Source: Sanchytrium tribonematis
Lineage: Eukaryota
NCBI GenBank assembly: GCA_018985235.1
Contig: JADGIG010000002.1
Coordinates: forward strand, 1-64,000
Direction: 5' to 3'
DNA: 64,000 nt
Below are positions 62,983 through 64,000 of the stretch, piece after piece. Position 1 is the first letter of the stretch. Every line of letters begins with the position of its first letter. The position numbers and the translations under genes were made by a program. The notes below the pieces were generated by a model that was not told the origin of the DNA, searched no databases, and saw only the letters and a program-made list of their open reading frames with translations.

Positions 62983-64000
62983 ACTCCTGCCTTATAGCCC
63001 TGAAATCTCTATGCAATAACTCTTTCAGCTTACTCGAATCATCAATTCCTTCAATTATTTTCTTCGTGACATAAACTGGGGGAAGCTGATCTTGCTTGAT
63101 TGACGGAGCATGTTCAATGAATTTTAATTGCTGCATTACATAAGTTTTGATAAGTTCTAATTCGCTTTCAGTATTTTCGTTTTTATAAAACCCATTCAAT
63201 TTAGGAGTAATAACATGGTCAGGACCAAAAAACCCTCTATAAGCACAATCGTCAGGTATAGACTGTGGCAATCTCGCATTGCATACGGTTGCGGTTTCAT
63301 AAGCCCAACAACGTGCCACATTGCGGATGGTATAACCACCACCACCTAACAAAATCATAGGAATGTTGAAAGACTTTATAAATTCAACGCATGCAGCATG
63401 CCCCTGGATGCTTAAATTGAATGGACCAAGTCTATCAAGTCCAAGACTATCAGCACCTGCTTGAAGAACGACAGCACCTGGTTGAAATTGATTGATACAG
63501 GCTCTCATAACAGATTTAAACAGCCTGAGATATTGCGAGTCAGTAATGCCTTGCTTCAGTGGCACATTTATGCTAAAATTCTTGCCTTCATTGAATCCGA
63601 TTTCCTGCAAACTGCCTGTGCCGGGGAAAAAGTCAAATCCATCTGGCTGAACACCATATCGATGAAAACTAACAGTCATAACTCTGTCAGATGTATAAAA
63701 TGCCTCCTGAACTCCATCGCCGTGATGAACATCAATATCGATATACAATACTCGTGGGTGAGATTTTAATAATTCTTGTATGGCTAAAACAATATCGTTT
63801 ACGTAACAAAAGCCGGATGCGCTGGACCTATGTGAATGATGTAATCCGCCGCTCCAATTTACAGCAATGTCGCATTCTTTATTATTTATCAATTTTGCAC
63901 TTAAAATCGAAGCACCAGAATATTCCTGGCAATACTCGTATACAGATTCAAATAATGGACAATCATTTGTGAGAGGAAGGTAATGATGATCTGGGTCCTC
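62966..64000 (-). CDS. Class I histone deacetylase (Hos2/HDAC3-like), 5' end beyond the window
   Basis: The frame stays open to the window edge (DCPLFES...). NWSGGLHH, GFCYVND, DIDVHHGDG, GGGGYT. Confidence 0.92.
   Translation of the reverse strand, partial: EDPDHHYLPLTNDCPLFESVYEYCQEYSGASILSAKLINNKECDIAVNWSGGLHHSHRSSASGFCYVNDIVLAIQELLKSHPRVLYIDIDVHHGDGVQEAFYTSDRVMTVSFHRYGVQPDGFDFFPGTGSLQEIGFNEGKNFSINVPLKQGITDSQYLRLFKSVMRACINQFQPGAVVLQAGADSLGLDRLGPFNLSIQGHAACVEFIKSFNIPMILLGGGGYTIRNVARCWAYETATVCNARLPQSIPDDCAYRGFFGPDHVITPKLNGFYKNENTESELELIKTYVMQQLKFIEHAPSIKQDQLPPVYVTKKIIEGIDDSSKLKELLHRDFRAIRQEFIDLI

Noticed and set aside
5702..63972. Numerous antisense or nested ORFs in the track (e.g. 5702-6172, 12217-12630, 24492-24869, 33120-33482)
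   Set aside because: These are shadows of real genes, with no motifs and mostly non-ATG starts.
1..64000. tRNA, rRNA, CRISPR or long tandem repeats
   Set aside because: None seen. Small ncRNAs in the gaps at 6430-6790, 8280-8580 and 33970-34165 cannot be excluded without covariance searches.

Overview
Very compact, AT-rich (roughly one-third GC by eye) eukaryotic nuclear DNA using the standard code. It is most likely an early-diverging, ancestrally flagellated fungus (inference). Fungal-type markers are CAP59, HOM2, URA4, the complex I NUXM subunit and IPI1. Axonemal genes are ODAD2/ARMC4, SPAG6-like and possibly enkurin-like. Bases 1-3.7 kb hold decayed DNA transposons (piggyBac, PIF/Harbinger). 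The rest carries about 60 housekeeping genes with intergenic gaps of mostly 0-100 nt and several overlaps. The main finding is a system of ultra-short spliceosomal introns: 12 predicted GT-AG introns, nine of exactly 19 nt, two of 20 nt and one of 28 nt. Most restore a conserved protein motif, and 11 of 12 end in a fixed branch-point/acceptor block TNAYNYAG with A at -6. Two other compaction signals stand out: an orientation-independent AGGAG/CTCCT motif next to start codons, and stop codons fused into AATAAA, which biases C-terminal residues to Q/E/K. All calls come from reading motifs by eye; no database searches were run.
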